From Azolla caroliniana (lineage: Eukaryota; Plantae; Polypodiophyta), in the NCBI GenBank assembly GCA_043228905.1, contig JBHGNT010000003.1:23126001-23190000 (forward strand): 64,000 bases of DNA, in the 5' to 3' direction. Of this stretch, positions 51,860 to 63,808 are shown piece after piece. The stretch's first letter is position 1. The number at the start of each line of letters is the position of its first letter. The translations under genes were made by a program, and so were the position numbers. The notes under the pieces are model-generated. The model did not search any database. It saw nothing but the letters and a program-made list of their open reading frames with translations, and was not told the DNA's origin.

Positions 51860-53160
51860 TTCGCTTATTAGCTACCTCCGAGTATGAGCATACCATAATA
51901 GCTAATTACCTACCTCAGAATATGACCATAGCTAACTAGCTACCAGTAATAGCTAATTAGCTCCCTTAGAATATGACCATAGCTAACTAGCTACCAATAA
52001 TAGCTAATTAGCTACCAGAATAGCTAATTAGCTAGCTCATAATATGACCATAGCTAACTAGCTATTAGTAATAGCTTAATAGCGATTGCCAATAGCGAAT
52101 TTATCTATTACCAGCTAATGCTACCAGAATAGTTAATTAGCTACCTAAGAATATCGAACATAACTATTTAGCTACCAATCATAGCTATTTAGCTACCACA
52201 ATAGCTAATTAACTGCCTATGACAATAGCTAATTAGCTACCATACTAGCTAATTAGCTGCTTATGACTATTGCTAATTAGCTACTAGAATAACTAATCCC
52301 CTATTAGAATAGCTAATTAGCTACCTAGGAATACGACCATAGCTATTAAGCTACCAGAATAGCAAATAAACTGTGTATGACTATAGCTAATTAGCTACTA
52401 GAATAGCTAACTAGCTATTCCTACTAGCTAATTTAGTTATTACCAACTAATTAGCTACTAGGATAGCTAATTAGCTACCAATCATAGCTAATTAGCTAGC
52501 ACTCACAGATAATTAGCTACCAGAATAGCTCATTAGCTACTAGAATAACTAATTAGCTACCTCTAACTATAGCTATTTAGCTGCCAAAATAGTTAATTAG
52601 CTACCTAAGAATATGAATATAGCTATTTAGCTACCAAAATAGCTAATTAGTTGTGTATAACTACCTAATTGGCTACCAGAATAGTTAACTCGCTAACTAG
52701 GTAATTAGCTACATATGACTATAGCTAATTAGTTACCAGATTAGCTAAGTAGCTATTAGCAATAGCTAATTTAGTTATTACGAGCTAATTAGTTTCTAGG
52801 ATAGCTAATTAGTTGCCTATGATTATAGCTAATTAACTACTAGAATAGCTAACTAACTATTCCCAATAGCTAATTAGTTATTACCAACTAATTTAGCTAT
52901 TACTAGCTATTTAACTGACAGGATAGCTAATTAGCAACCAAAATAGCTAATTAGCTACCAATCATAGCTATTTAGCTACTAGAATAGGTAATTAGCTGCC
53001 TATGCCTATAGCTAATTAGTTACCAGATTAGCTAACTAGCTATTCCCAATAGCTAGTTTAGTTATTACCAGCTAATTAGCTACTAGGATAGCTAATTAGC
53101 TACTAGGATAGCTAATTAGCTACTAAAATAGGTTTGGAGCATAACTAATCAGCTATTCAG
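51860..53160. repeat. Satellite of the palindrome TAGCTAATTAGCTA filling the transposase intron
   Basis: Dozens of degenerate copies of AATAGCTAATTAGCTAC at roughly 20-35 bp spacing. Confidence 0.95.
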
Positions 53161-53569
53161 TATGTCCATTTTATTACACAGGTCGATTTATTTATTAGGT
53201 GTAGGCAAATGCATCCAAATATCGAAATGCAAATACAAACATTCGAGTCTCTTAAGCCACACTTTATGAGACGCTTGAAGGATCGATACATATGTTGTTG
53301 CATTTACCATGTACAAATGCGTTTTCTCAAGGACTTTGTTAATCTACTACGTCACCATAGCGCCTCCCTAACTAATGCAATTTGTAGTTGGGAGTGCCCA
53401 ATTTGTCGATCGTGCCCGCAAGAGCACTGCAAATCATCTGAGCATGTTATCTCTTCCATGAGTTGTCTTTTAGATTCAGTATTGTGTCCGACAGAAACTG
53501 AGGCCATCTTCCATTGTCATAAATGTGTCATAGGTTTATGTCAAGATTGTGGCCCTAGTATATTTAGGA

Positions 53570-53895
53570 GGTCACGTTGTCCCTCTTCCCATTTCGTTTT
53601 AGGGTTAGGGTTTCGGTTAGGGTTTTCTTCTTGGGTTTCCCTTTAGGGTTTTCGGATAGTCATTTTTTTGGTGCGACCATGGCAGCCACCATTGTTGTAA
53701 CCATTCGTTGTTTTAATATAACTTGTTGAGCATCTTGCCTCCGCCGATCCCTCCTTCGATGTCGTGATCTTATTCTTTCCTCTTCTCCTCTTGAGCTAAG
53801 CCTCCATATCATGTCCTATTCTTTCTCCTCCACTCCCTAGTCCAAGACCCCCGCGGTCCCGCCCCTTCTACACGCACGCGCGTAACAACGCGACA
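53570..53895 (+). mobile_element. 3' fragment of a gypsy LTR in the transposase
   Basis: Ends GGTCCGCCCCTTCTACACGCACGCGCGTAACAACGCGACA like the LTR ends at 34483 and 55050; left boundary uncertain, no TSD. Confidence 0.75.
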
Positions 53896-54351
53896 ACGTC
53901 CAAATGAATTGAGTTGTGAAATATTAATCTCTGTCAAGTTATTTGAGTGAGTTGACACCAATTTCGAAGGAAAGGTGTGTAAAAGAAAGGATCTAGTTAG
54001 GAAGTCGCTTAAACCAAGGGATTTGGCGTCTCTAGGAAAGTTCATTAAACACAACTTCATTTATTCATGGCAAGCCCATCAGTTTAAGACTTGCATATCT
54101 AATTTTCCAAATGATGTAGTAGTCTCAGTATTAAATTTCGTAGAGAATTATACTTTCAAGTAGCAGAATGAAATTCAATCTATGCATTGGTGTTCAGCGC
54201 AGGCAACCATTTTTGTGCAAATAACATATTTTCGAGTTTCAGGTGATGTTAAAAAAGTAATTCATTTTTTATTTTTGATTATAAGAAGCATGATACCTTG
54301 TTCGTCCAACATTGTTTTAACTTATATTGGCAATAGTTATTAGCTAAACGC

Positions 54352-56902
54352 TGTCGCGAAGAAAACTGTCCCTAGGCGGAAACCGAGTGCAGCATGTGTA
54401 AATCGGCCCTTACACGCGAGCACACTTTTCGTTGTATGGTAAGTAGCTAGGTACAGGTCGGATGAGGTGAAATCCTAGGTAGCGCGCATTTAACAGGGAG
54501 AGAATCGAGTTGTATCTCCGTTCGAAAGGACAGAGACTTAATATGATGTAATGGATGATAACGGCCTCCCTCCTTGGGCTATAAAAGAGACGGAGAGGGA
54601 TGAGAGGGGGTATCGCGCGTTAGAGAGGACGAAGTGCTGTTGGACTGGGACCGAGCCCTTCTCCTCTGCCACTCTCCATAGCCATTTTTGCGCAGGTTTT
54701 CGGGAGGCTGACTCTGCTCTGTGGAACGCCTGTGTGCTTCCGGCAGAGTCTCCATCTCGCTCTTCTGTATGTGTGAGTGAACAAGCGTCAGTGTTCGCCT
54801 TGCCGGCCTGATAGTTGTAACTGTCTCGATATATATATATATTTATATTTATATACATGTGTTGAGGTGCTCGGACTTCTAGTCGTCTCGCTCTGCTGTG
54901 TTGTTGGACTGTGATTCCTGTGTGCTCCTGTGTCTGTGCGTGTGCAAGTGCGTCCGTTGCCTTTCCGTTCTCCTCCTTCTCAGCTATTTCTCGGTCCAAG
55001 ACCCCGGTGGTCCCGCCTCGTTCTCCACGCACGCGCGTAACAACGCGACATTTTTGGTGAACCTGACATGAACAGGTGACAGAGGAATAGAAAGATGAGG
55101 GGGTCTGATCTCGCGGAAGCCATGGCTTCGGCTGTGGATCGGATAGTGAGGGCGCAGGCGTCCTCGATAGGGCTATTGAAGCGGTCGTTGGCACGATAGG
55201 CCGGTTTGGTGGGAAGGACGCCACGAGCTATTTGGAGGCCTACCAAGCCCTGATGGTAATGAGAGACATTCTGGAAGAAAGGCGACTGACTGGATTCCCT
55301 CGGGTGGCGATGCCGGACATTGATGCGGAGGTGCTCGAGGTACGGGCTGAGACCCGGACCTGGGAAGAGTCTGAAGGTCGGCTCCTCGAAAAATACAAGC
55401 TCTAGCTCTCGAAACGGGACTTCATGGAATGGGTAGAGAGCCCCGAAAAGGGGAGAAACGCGTCGGTGCTCCTTTGGGAGTTTGAACAACGCTTCGCGCG
55501 ACTTTCGGCGCTCGACCGAACCGTACTAGACACAAGTCGCATCCTGCTGTTCATTAAGTCGGTGGATGCGAGGGATCGGGAGCAAGTGGGTCTCTTGCTG
55601 GAGATTGATGACAGGATGACGGCCGACTGGGCCGTGGTGAAGAGGGTCTGTGGCCGTTTCGACAAACGACGAGAGTGGGTCGATAAAGGATCAACAGGGG
55701 CGGGCTCTGTAGTAGCAAGGAAACTCGAGCTGACCCCGCCAGCGCAAAGGGAAGAGACCCGAGACTGGCTCGAGACCGGATCGACTTCGACTGGCATGGT
55801 CAAAGGTTCATCCGGAGGAGCAGCTCTAGAGGAGCTGACTAGGATGGTAAAGGACCTCCAGATTGCACAGGCACGGAGGGATGGCGGTGAACAGGCCCGT
55901 GACCGAAGGCCTCTGGCTGGAAACCGGTGTTTGTGGTGAGACGCGGTCGGCCAGGTCCGGAACGACTGCTGGGACTTCGCCGAGGCAATGAGAGCCAACG
56001 TGGTGCACCTATGGAACGGTCGGGTGCACGCTAGCAAGACCCGAAGGGCCCTGGACCTGAATGTCGGACAAGGGGGTATGAAACGGCTGATGGAAGAAGC
56101 GGCGGCTCGCCACGCGGAGACTATCCACTACTCAGCGTCGGCTAGGATCCGGGTCGGAGGTGGTGAGGCCCGGAAGACGAACGAAGCCGGATTCTGGCCG
56201 CTGATGCTGGAAGGCCTCGCCGGCGCACGACTAAGGAAAGAAGAAGCGGATCGCGTGGAAAAACGGGTCCGGGAGGTAACCGAGTGTAGCGACCCGGTCT
56301 AAGAGAAGACGGGCTTCATTGAAGCCGCATGCCAGAACTATGAGGCTTTGGTGGAAGACAATCGAGTAGGTAAAATCGGAGGGGCCGGGCCCTCACAACG
56401 GTACGAGACCTGATTCGGTCAAAGGCAGAATGAGGCCGGTGCGACTGGTGCACCAGATAAAGCCAAGAAGGTCGGGTACCGGTTGAGCACGGAAATCGAA
56501 AGGACCAAGGACCTGCGAAAGGTCCTGGAGGAACGTATCCTCGAAAGCAAAGTGGAACTGTCACTGAGGGAAGTGCTCGGGATCGCCAAGAAGGAGTTCC
56601 ACGACTCCATCGTAGACTTGGTGAAGACGAAGAGGCTGTCGACAGAGCCAGAGCCGGAGAAGCCGGTGGAAGTGCGAACGACGCACATAGAGGACATGGT
56701 GCTAGAAGACGAGTTGGCGGAGAGCCAATATTCGAGGCCACACTAGGCCAGAGCGACCATGGAGACCCCTGTTAAGGTCAAGGATGTCCAGGAGCCGGTG
56801 GTGGCGTTGGTGGACCACGGTTCAAAAATCAACTTGATGTCCATGGACTTCTACAAAAAGGGGAAATGGCCGATCAACAGCAAACATGGCTGGAAAATAC
56901 GG
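54352..56902 (+). mobile_element. Older gypsy element A (5' LTR 54352-55050, PBS, decayed gag-PR), interrupted by element B
   Basis: TGTCGCGAAG...CGCGACA; PBS TGGTGAACCTGACATGAA from 55055; frameshifted gag-PR paralogous to B, cut at GWKIR. Confidence 0.92.
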
Positions 56903-57590
56903 TGTCGTGAAGAAAACCGTCCACAAGCGGAATCGGTGTACCGGAGCGTAGAAACCGACTCTTCATGCACGTGCGCCTTAAGTTGTACATAGGAGATCCT
57001 AGGTAGATTCGGTAGGTAGGGAGTAAAGGGGGGAAACGACTCCTTCCTTGCCTATAAAAGGAGGGAGACGAGGAGAGTAAGCGGATGGCGGAGAGTCGAG
57101 GACGAAGTGCTGTCGGTTTGCGTGCGAAGGCTTCTCTCTCTCTCTCTTTCTGGTTGCAAATGCCATAGCTTCCTTTTGTGCAGGTTTCGGGAGGCCCGCG
57201 CTGCTCTGAGGAATGCCGGAGTGCTTCCGGCAGCACCTCCAACCTACTCATCCCCCTCTGTGCGTTTACGAACAGGTATCGGCATCTGTTCGCCGGCCTG
57301 TTCGGTTGTAACCGACTTCGTGTTTTGTTGTCTTCGTGTTCTTGTTGTTTGTCTTGTCAATACATGCATACTTTCGTGTCTTTCTGTGTCACTGTCCCAC
57401 TCGCGTCTTTGCGTCGAAGGGCCGTGTCCCTGTGAATCTACGCTCGCACGTAGTGGGTCTCTCTCTCTCTCTCTCTCTCTTACTCTTCGGTACAGGACCC
57501 CCGAGGTCCCGCCTCACTCCACGCATCCGCGAGGAATACCTCGACATATTTGGTGAACCTGACGTGAAAGAGGCGGCAGAAGAGCAGAAG

Positions 57591-59717
57591 ATGAAGGGGT
57601 CGGATCTTGCAGAGCCCATGGCTTCTGCCGTGGATCGGATATTGAGCACACGCGGGGGCACCGGTGCCCTCGACAGAGCCATTGAGGCGGTCGTCGGTAC
57701 GATCGGCCGTTTCAGCGGAAAGGATGCTACGAGGTATTTGGCGTCCTACGGGGCGGATATGCTGATGCGGGACATTCCGGAAGAGAGGCGTCTTGCCGGG
57801 TTCCCTCAAGTGGCGATGCCGAGCATCCATGCGGAGGTGCTCGAGGTACGGGCGGAGAGCCGTACCTGGGAGGAGTTCGAAGGCCGACTCCTAGAGAAAT
57901 ATGGGCTGGATGACGCGCTCCAGCTTTCGAAACGGGACTTCATGGAATGGGTGGAGTCCCCTGGCAAAGGAAGAAACGCGTTGGCACTCCTCCGGGAGTT
58001 CGAAGAACGCTTTGCGCGCCTTTCGGCGCTTGACCGAACTATCCTGGATACGAGCCGGGTCCTACTGTTCGTTAAGTCGGTGGACGAGCGGGACCGGGAT
58101 CAAGTCGGCTCCTTGCTGGAAACTGAAGACGGGTTGACGACCGACTGGGCTGCGGTTAAGAGAGTCTGTGGCCGTTTCGACAAACGGCGAGAATGGGCTG
58201 ACAACGGGGCGGCCGGTGCGGGCTCTGTTACAGCAAGGAGGCTTGAACCGGCGCCGCAAGTGCGAAGGGAAGAAACCCGGGAATGGCTCGAAACCGGTCC
58301 GGCTTCGACCAACATGGTCAATGGCTCGTCCGGAGGAGCAGCGCTAGAGGAGTTGACGCGGGCGATAAAGGATCTCCAGATCGCCCAGACTCGAAGGGAA
58401 GGCAGCGAACCGGCTCGTGACCGACGACCGGCAGCGGGGAACAGGTGCATGTGGTGCGATGAGGTCGGCCACATTCGGAAGGACTGCGGCGATTTCGCAG
58501 AGGCGTTGAGAAACCGGGTGGTGTACCTGTGGGAAGGCCGGGTGCACGCTGGCGACACCAGGAGGGCCCTGAGCCGAAACGACGGGCGAGGAGGTATGAA
58601 GAGATTGATGGAAGAGGCAGCGGCCCGACACGTGGAGGCCATCCACTACTCGGCGTCAGTCGGTATTCAGGTCGGGGGCAGCGAGGCCCGAAAGGAGAGT
58701 AAAGACGGTTTCTGGTCGGCAATGCTGGAAGGCCTCGCCGGCGCGCGGCTGAGGAAAGATGAAACGGACCGCGTTGAGAGACGGGTCCGGGAAATAACAG
58801 GGTGGAGCGATCCGGTTGAGGAGAAGACGGGCTTCGTAGAAGCCGCTTGCTGGAACTACAAGGCTCTGGTAGAAGGAAAACGAGTGGGGAAAGCCGGAGC
58901 GGCCGGGCCCTCACAACGGTACGAGACCCGATTCGGGCAACGACGGAACGATGCCGGTGGGGCCGGCCCGCAAGATAACCCCAGGAAGGGCGGGTACAGA
59001 CTGGGGACAGAAATAGAAAGGACTACGGACCTACAAAAGGTCCTAGAAGAACGGATCCTCGACAGTAAAGTGGAGCTGTCATTACGGGAGGTGCTAGAGA
59101 TCGCTAAGAAGGAGTTCCACGACTCCATTGTAGACTTGGTGAAACGGAAGAGACTATCGACGGAGACGGAACCGGAAAAACCGGTGGAGGTGCGGACGAC
59201 GCACATCGACGACTCGGCGCTGGAAGATGAGTGGGCGGAGAGCCACTATTCGAGGCCACACTGGGCCCGAGCGACCACGGAGACCCCGGTAAAAATCGGA
59301 GGTGTTCAGGAACCGGTGGTGGCATTGGTGGACCACGGTTCGGAAATAAACCTAATGTCCATGGACTTCTATAAGAAGGGAAAGTGGCCGATCAACACCA
59401 GGCACGGGTGGAAGATACGGGTGGCGACGCGCGCCACCGAGGAGCTACACGGGGCCTGCCCGAATGTGCGAGTAAAGATCGGCGACGTCGAGATTGACCA
59501 GCACTTCTTCGTACAGGAGACGTCAGCGCATCCGGTCATATTAGGGGAACCATACATCACGGCGGCGAGAATGGAGACCAAGGTGCTAGACAATGGTTCG
59601 GCCTACGCGAGGGTCAAAAGCCAGGACGGGCGCCATTCGGTGCAATTTTTGACAGTGCGGCCGAACCACGAGAGAAACCGCGAGTTCCTCGATGGCGAGA
59701 ACCGGGAGGATTTTTAG
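57591..59717 (+). CDS. gag: Gag-protease ORF of element B
   Basis: First ATG after the PBS; zinc knuckle CMWCDEVGHIRKDC; aspartic protease ALVDHGSEIN..VILGEP. Confidence 0.9.
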   Translation: MKGSDLAEPMASAVDRILSTRGGTGALDRAIEAVVGTIGRFSGKDATRYLASYGADMLMRDIPEERRLAGFPQVAMPSIHAEVLEVRAESRTWEEFEGRLLEKYGLDDALQLSKRDFMEWVESPGKGRNALALLREFEERFARLSALDRTILDTSRVLLFVKSVDERDRDQVGSLLETEDGLTTDWAAVKRVCGRFDKRREWADNGAAGAGSVTARRLEPAPQVRREETREWLETGPASTNMVNGSSGGAALEELTRAIKDLQIAQTRREGSEPARDRRPAAGNRCMWCDEVGHIRKDCGDFAEALRNRVVYLWEGRVHAGDTRRALSRNDGRGGMKRLMEEAAARHVEAIHYSASVGIQVGGSEARKESKDGFWSAMLEGLAGARLRKDETDRVERRVREITGWSDPVEEKTGFVEAACWNYKALVEGKRVGKAGAAGPSQRYETRFGQRRNDAGGAGPQDNPRKGGYRLGTEIERTTDLQKVLEERILDSKVELSLREVLEIAKKEFHDSIVDLVKRKRLSTETEPEKPVEVRTTHIDDSALEDEWAESHYSRPHWARATTETPVKIGGVQEPVVALVDHGSEINLMSMDFYKKGKWPINTRHGWKIRVATRATEELHGACPNVRVKIGDVEIDQHFFVQETSAHPVILGEPYITAARMETKVLDNGSAYARVKSQDGRHSVQFLTVRPNHERNREFLDGENREDF

Positions 59718-62700
59718 AGAGGGCTGCCAAGGCATGGGGCCGAGACAGTCCGGACACTCGGGAAAGACCCCACGATTGTACGATAGGCAGGAGGTTTTGC
59801 TTCTCCGACAACGGAGGGTGTATGATGGTCGGCATCGTTGGCCGAGAAAAGACAAGGGCGGAAGAGCGACTTCGAGCGTGCGGAGTTCTCGGCCCGGACG
59901 AGGAAATCAGCGGAGCCGTGGAGGCGGTCTCCTTCGACGACACCTTAGGGATGCTGAGGAAGGTTGCCGGAGAAGACCTTAACGAAGACCAGACGATACT
60001 GGTATGTTCCGAAGAGATGTACGAAGTCATCGCGAACTTCAGTCGGGGGCTCGGGTCGGATCGGACTGCCCGAGTTAGCACAAAGTACAAGACTGTGGGC
60101 CGGAAGGTAAGGCCTGTCGCGGCACCCTTACCGGAGGGCAGCGAGTCCCGGATCAGAGGGGTTGCGTCGGACCCCAGTTTACGAGATCCGGCCTGCATAG
60201 GACACACCTTCACCGACGGGACGCTCCGGGAGCTCAAAATCAGTGGGGGCGGGTTCCTACTGCCGGCGGAGGAAGACCGGTTTCAGAGGATGCTCGGAAG
60301 GCACGGGAAAGCCTTCGCATTCTCACCGGAAGAGATCGGGTGCGTAGACCCGACGATCGTGGAGCCGATGGTGATATTCACGGTACCGCATGTGCCGTGG
60401 AATCTCAAGCCGATTCCGGTACCGAGAGCTCACATCCCGAAGTTGATGGAGCTATTGAGGCAGAAAGTAGATATGGGCATTCTTGAACCGTCGAGTGCCC
60501 CATACTCGAACCGATGGTTTACCGTACCGAAGAAAAACGGAACGTTGCGCTTCATTCAAGACCTACAGCCGGTCAACAGAGTGACCATTCGAAACGCAGG
60601 AATCGGACCGACCATAGATGAGTTCGCGGAGGCCTTCGCCGGAAGGTCGATTTACTCGGTCGGTGATCTGTACTCAGGGTACGACCAGTTCCAGCTAGCC
60701 GTGGAGAGCAGAGACATTACGACGATGCGAACTCCCCTCGGCCTAGTGCGAATGTGTACCCTGCCACAAGGAGGGACCAACTCGGTGGCCCACATGGTGA
60801 ATGCAATGAACAAAGTACTGAGGGATTGCATCCCGGACATCACCATGCCGTTTCTAGACGACATCCCCATAAAGGGGTGCCCGGTGGAAGAGAAGGACGA
60901 GACACTCGGGCCAGACGGATGCCGGCGATTCATAGCAACACACATCGACGACTGCGAGAAGGTGCTACAAAGGCTAGAGGATGCGAGGCTCACCTTCTCC
61001 GGGGAGAAATCGGCCTTCGGGCAATCAGAAATCCTGGTGGTCGGGCATCTATGTGGACCATATGGCCGGAAGCCGTCTCCGGCAAAGGTAGAAGCCATCT
61101 CCGCGATGAAGACCGATTGTAGCTCGGTTACGGAAGTTCGAAGGTTCCTGGGGGCATGCGCATTCTACCACATATGGATCCCGCATTACGCCCACGTTGC
61201 GGAGCCGCTATACGGGTTGCTGAAGAAGGGGCAAAGATTCGAGTGGCGAGACGAGCACACGGGGTCGGTCCGGAAGCTGAAGGAAGCTCTTGCGGCAGCT
61301 CCGGCGCTCCGGAAGGCTGTCTACGAGAAGGGTACCCCGGTATACATAACGGTGGATACGAGCTCGACCGGGATCGGATGGGTCGTCAACCAAGAAGACG
61401 AGGACGGCACCCGGTTCCCGATCCGATTCGGCGCTAAGGTCCTCAGTGAGCGACAGCGAGGGTACGCCCAGGTTAAACGTGAACTCTGGGGTATCGTTTC
61501 GGCAGTAAAGGCGGACAAAGACTACCTGATCGGGACAGAAGTGATTATCGAGACGGATTGCCTGCCGATTCTTGGCATGGTTTCCGGATGCGTGACCCCG
61601 GACCTGGCGATGCTCAGGTGGATAGCGTACATCAAGTCCCTGGACCCAGAGATACGACACATTTCCGGAAAGGACAACACCATGGCCGACATGCTTTCGA
61701 GGGCGAGGTTTGATGACGAGGGCGGCATGGTTTCGGAGGACGAAGAAGTCGGTGTGGACTTCTTCGAGGCGGCGTACGTGACGACCGATGGGACGAGCGC
61801 TCTGGCACTTAACGACTTCGACGAGAGCAAGTACGACGGCGAGTGGCTCCAGATCGGTGGATTCTTGAGGACAATGATGCCGGATGCGTCATGGACGAAG
61901 GACGAGGCCAACCGGATCCGGAAGAAAGCTTACCGATTCTTTCTCCGGGACGGATACTTATGGAAGCACCCGAAGAAGAGGGACGGCGCTCCGCTCCGGG
62001 TGGTGGCGATGAAGGAAGAACAGGAGGAGCTGCTGACGGCCTACCACGACAGCCCTTGGGCCGGACACCGTGGAACCTGGGCCACGTTCGAGAAGATAAA
62101 GGGGAAGTACTGGTGGCCGGGACTGTACCGGGACGTGCATCGATTCGTGACAACTTGCGAGAGTTGTCAGATGCACTCCGTAGTCCGACACCGGGACGAA
62201 CTTCACCCTACGTACCCTCCGACCATCCACTTCAAATGGATGGTAGACCTGGTAACGATGCCGATAGGAGTAGGACAGATGCGGTATCTGGTCCTGGCTC
62301 GGGAAGATCTTGTTAGAAATTGACGCTTTCAAAACCTTCACCTCTCGGCCACAACCGAGGAAACACGAGTCAATGCAGCAGTAAATCGAAAGCACAGAGA
62401 GAGACTCGAATGCACAGGGTTTAGCGTGGAAAACCCTAGACGGGAAAAACCACGGGAGTGCAAGACTCCAACTATCACTATACGCAGGGAATGTACAATG
62501 GCGAGCTGCAAGGCGACGACCTTGAGCTCGTTGTCCTCGCCACAGGCGGCGGTATTACACAGAGGCGTCGACCTCTTCCTTTCTCTCTCTCTCGGCTGCT
62601 CTCACTTTGCTCCCTCTAAGTGGAAAACAGAAAAATGAGCAACAACCACAAAACTGTTTGCCCTAAGTCATATTTATACACATATGACTTTCGGGCTATT

Positions 62701-63808
62701 TACAAATATAGCCTAGAGGGCCCTTGGCAAACATATTCACAAATATGTCCCCGCATCCGGATCTCTCTCCGGGTACATTCATCATCCGGCTCCGTAGCCG
62801 GGGTCTTCATCATCTGGATCCGAAACCGGGTCTTCATCATCCGGCTCTGATACCGGGTACTCCTCATTCGGGTCTTCATTCCCGATTCCCGGATATCTGA
62901 CCATCCCATCCGGAGGGACCGTAATCCCAACAGATCTAACGAACCAGGTGGAAGGCCGGGCCCTTCAGAACAAAACGACTGCGGCCGTATGTCGGTTCCT
63001 GCTCGAGGACGTAATATGCCGGTACGGGTGCGTCGGGAAGATCGTGGCTGATCGCGGGGAGTTGGACGCCGAAGAGGCCGAGGAGCTGTTCGACCGGCTA
63101 GGAGTCAAGCTCTCGCTTACCACTGCGTACAATCCGGAGGCGAATGGAAAGGTGGAGCGCGGACACGGACCGATCGTCAAGGCGTTAGTTCGGGCATGCG
63201 GAGGTCGGGTCGGGAACTGGCCGCGGCTACTGCCTTACGCGTTGTGGGCTGACCGGACTACGCACAGTTCGGTAACCGGGTTCATGCCGGCAGAGCTCAT
63301 GTTTGGGCAGAAGCCGATCATGCCGATCGAACGTACGGTCTCCTCATGGGCAACCGTGGACTGGAGAGACGAGATGAGCCGGGAGGAACTGTTGACGGCG
63401 CGCATACGACAGCTCGAGCGGAGACCGGAGGACGTGGAGCAGGCTGCGGAAAAGCTTCGGGAAGCAAGGATGAGGAACAAAGCCCGGTTCGACCGAACAC
63501 ACCGACTCGGACCGAAGAAGATCGAGGAAGGCGACTGGGTGCTAGTCTACGACAGCAGCCTCGACAACCAGCACCGAGCGACGCGGAAGTTCGCAAGAAG
63601 GTGGTTCGGGCCTTACGTGGTACAAAGCGCCAACGACAACGGGATGTACCATCTGGCGGAACTCGACGGCATGAGAGTGGTGATACCGGTAGCTGGGAAA
63701 CGGATCAAAGCGTTCAAGAAGCGTCACGACGACGAGCCGGATCCGGTTGACCTGGACCGGGACGACGAACGATCCGAAACCGAGGAAGAACTGACGGGCG
63801 GGGAATGA
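59708..63808 (+). pseudogene. pol: Pol (RT-RNase H-integrase) of element B in the -1 frame, disrupted only by a solo LTR
   Basis: RT DLYSGYDQ, LPQG, FLDD; RNase H; integrase HHCC, VADRGE, NGKVER, WFGPY; excising 62311-62932 plus one TSD copy restores REDLTNQVEGR in frame. Confidence 0.93.
62311..62932 (-). mobile_element. Solo LTR inserted in the integrase of element B
   Basis: TG...CA with TSD GATCT (62306-62310, 62933-62937); reverse complement starts TGTTGGGATTACGGTCCCTCCGGATGGGA, like 32167. Confidence 0.95.

Larger units (their letters stand above)
47113..54351 (+). mobile_element. Left part of a Sola2-like DNA transposon (right part presumably beyond the nested gypsy elements)
   Basis: Begins GGGTGAAAGC exactly where duplication homology stops; subterminal TAGCTAATTAGCTA motif recurs in the transposase intron; transposase motifs downstream. 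Confidence 0.55.
51045..54351 (+). pseudogene. Sola2-like DDD transposase pseudogene; exon to 51809, intron 51810-53181, exon from 53182, LTR-fragment insertion, then 53896-54351
   Basis: FWTNESRVSPNKK, FESLKPHF, CCCIYH, C..GLC.DCG, KFIKHNF..WQ..QF, V.NFVENY..QNEIQSMHW..Q.TI, KHDTLFVQHC; the GT-AG intron joins in frame; stops and frameshifts present. Confidence 0.75.

Noticed and set aside
53597-53650. TTTAGGG/TTAGGG motifs as an interstitial telomere
   Set aside because: Only a few scattered units within an LTR fragment
57336-57590. N-terminal extension of the 793-aa ORF
   Set aside because: Starts at a non-ATG codon inside the LTR and crosses the PBS; the ATG at 57591 matches the start in element A
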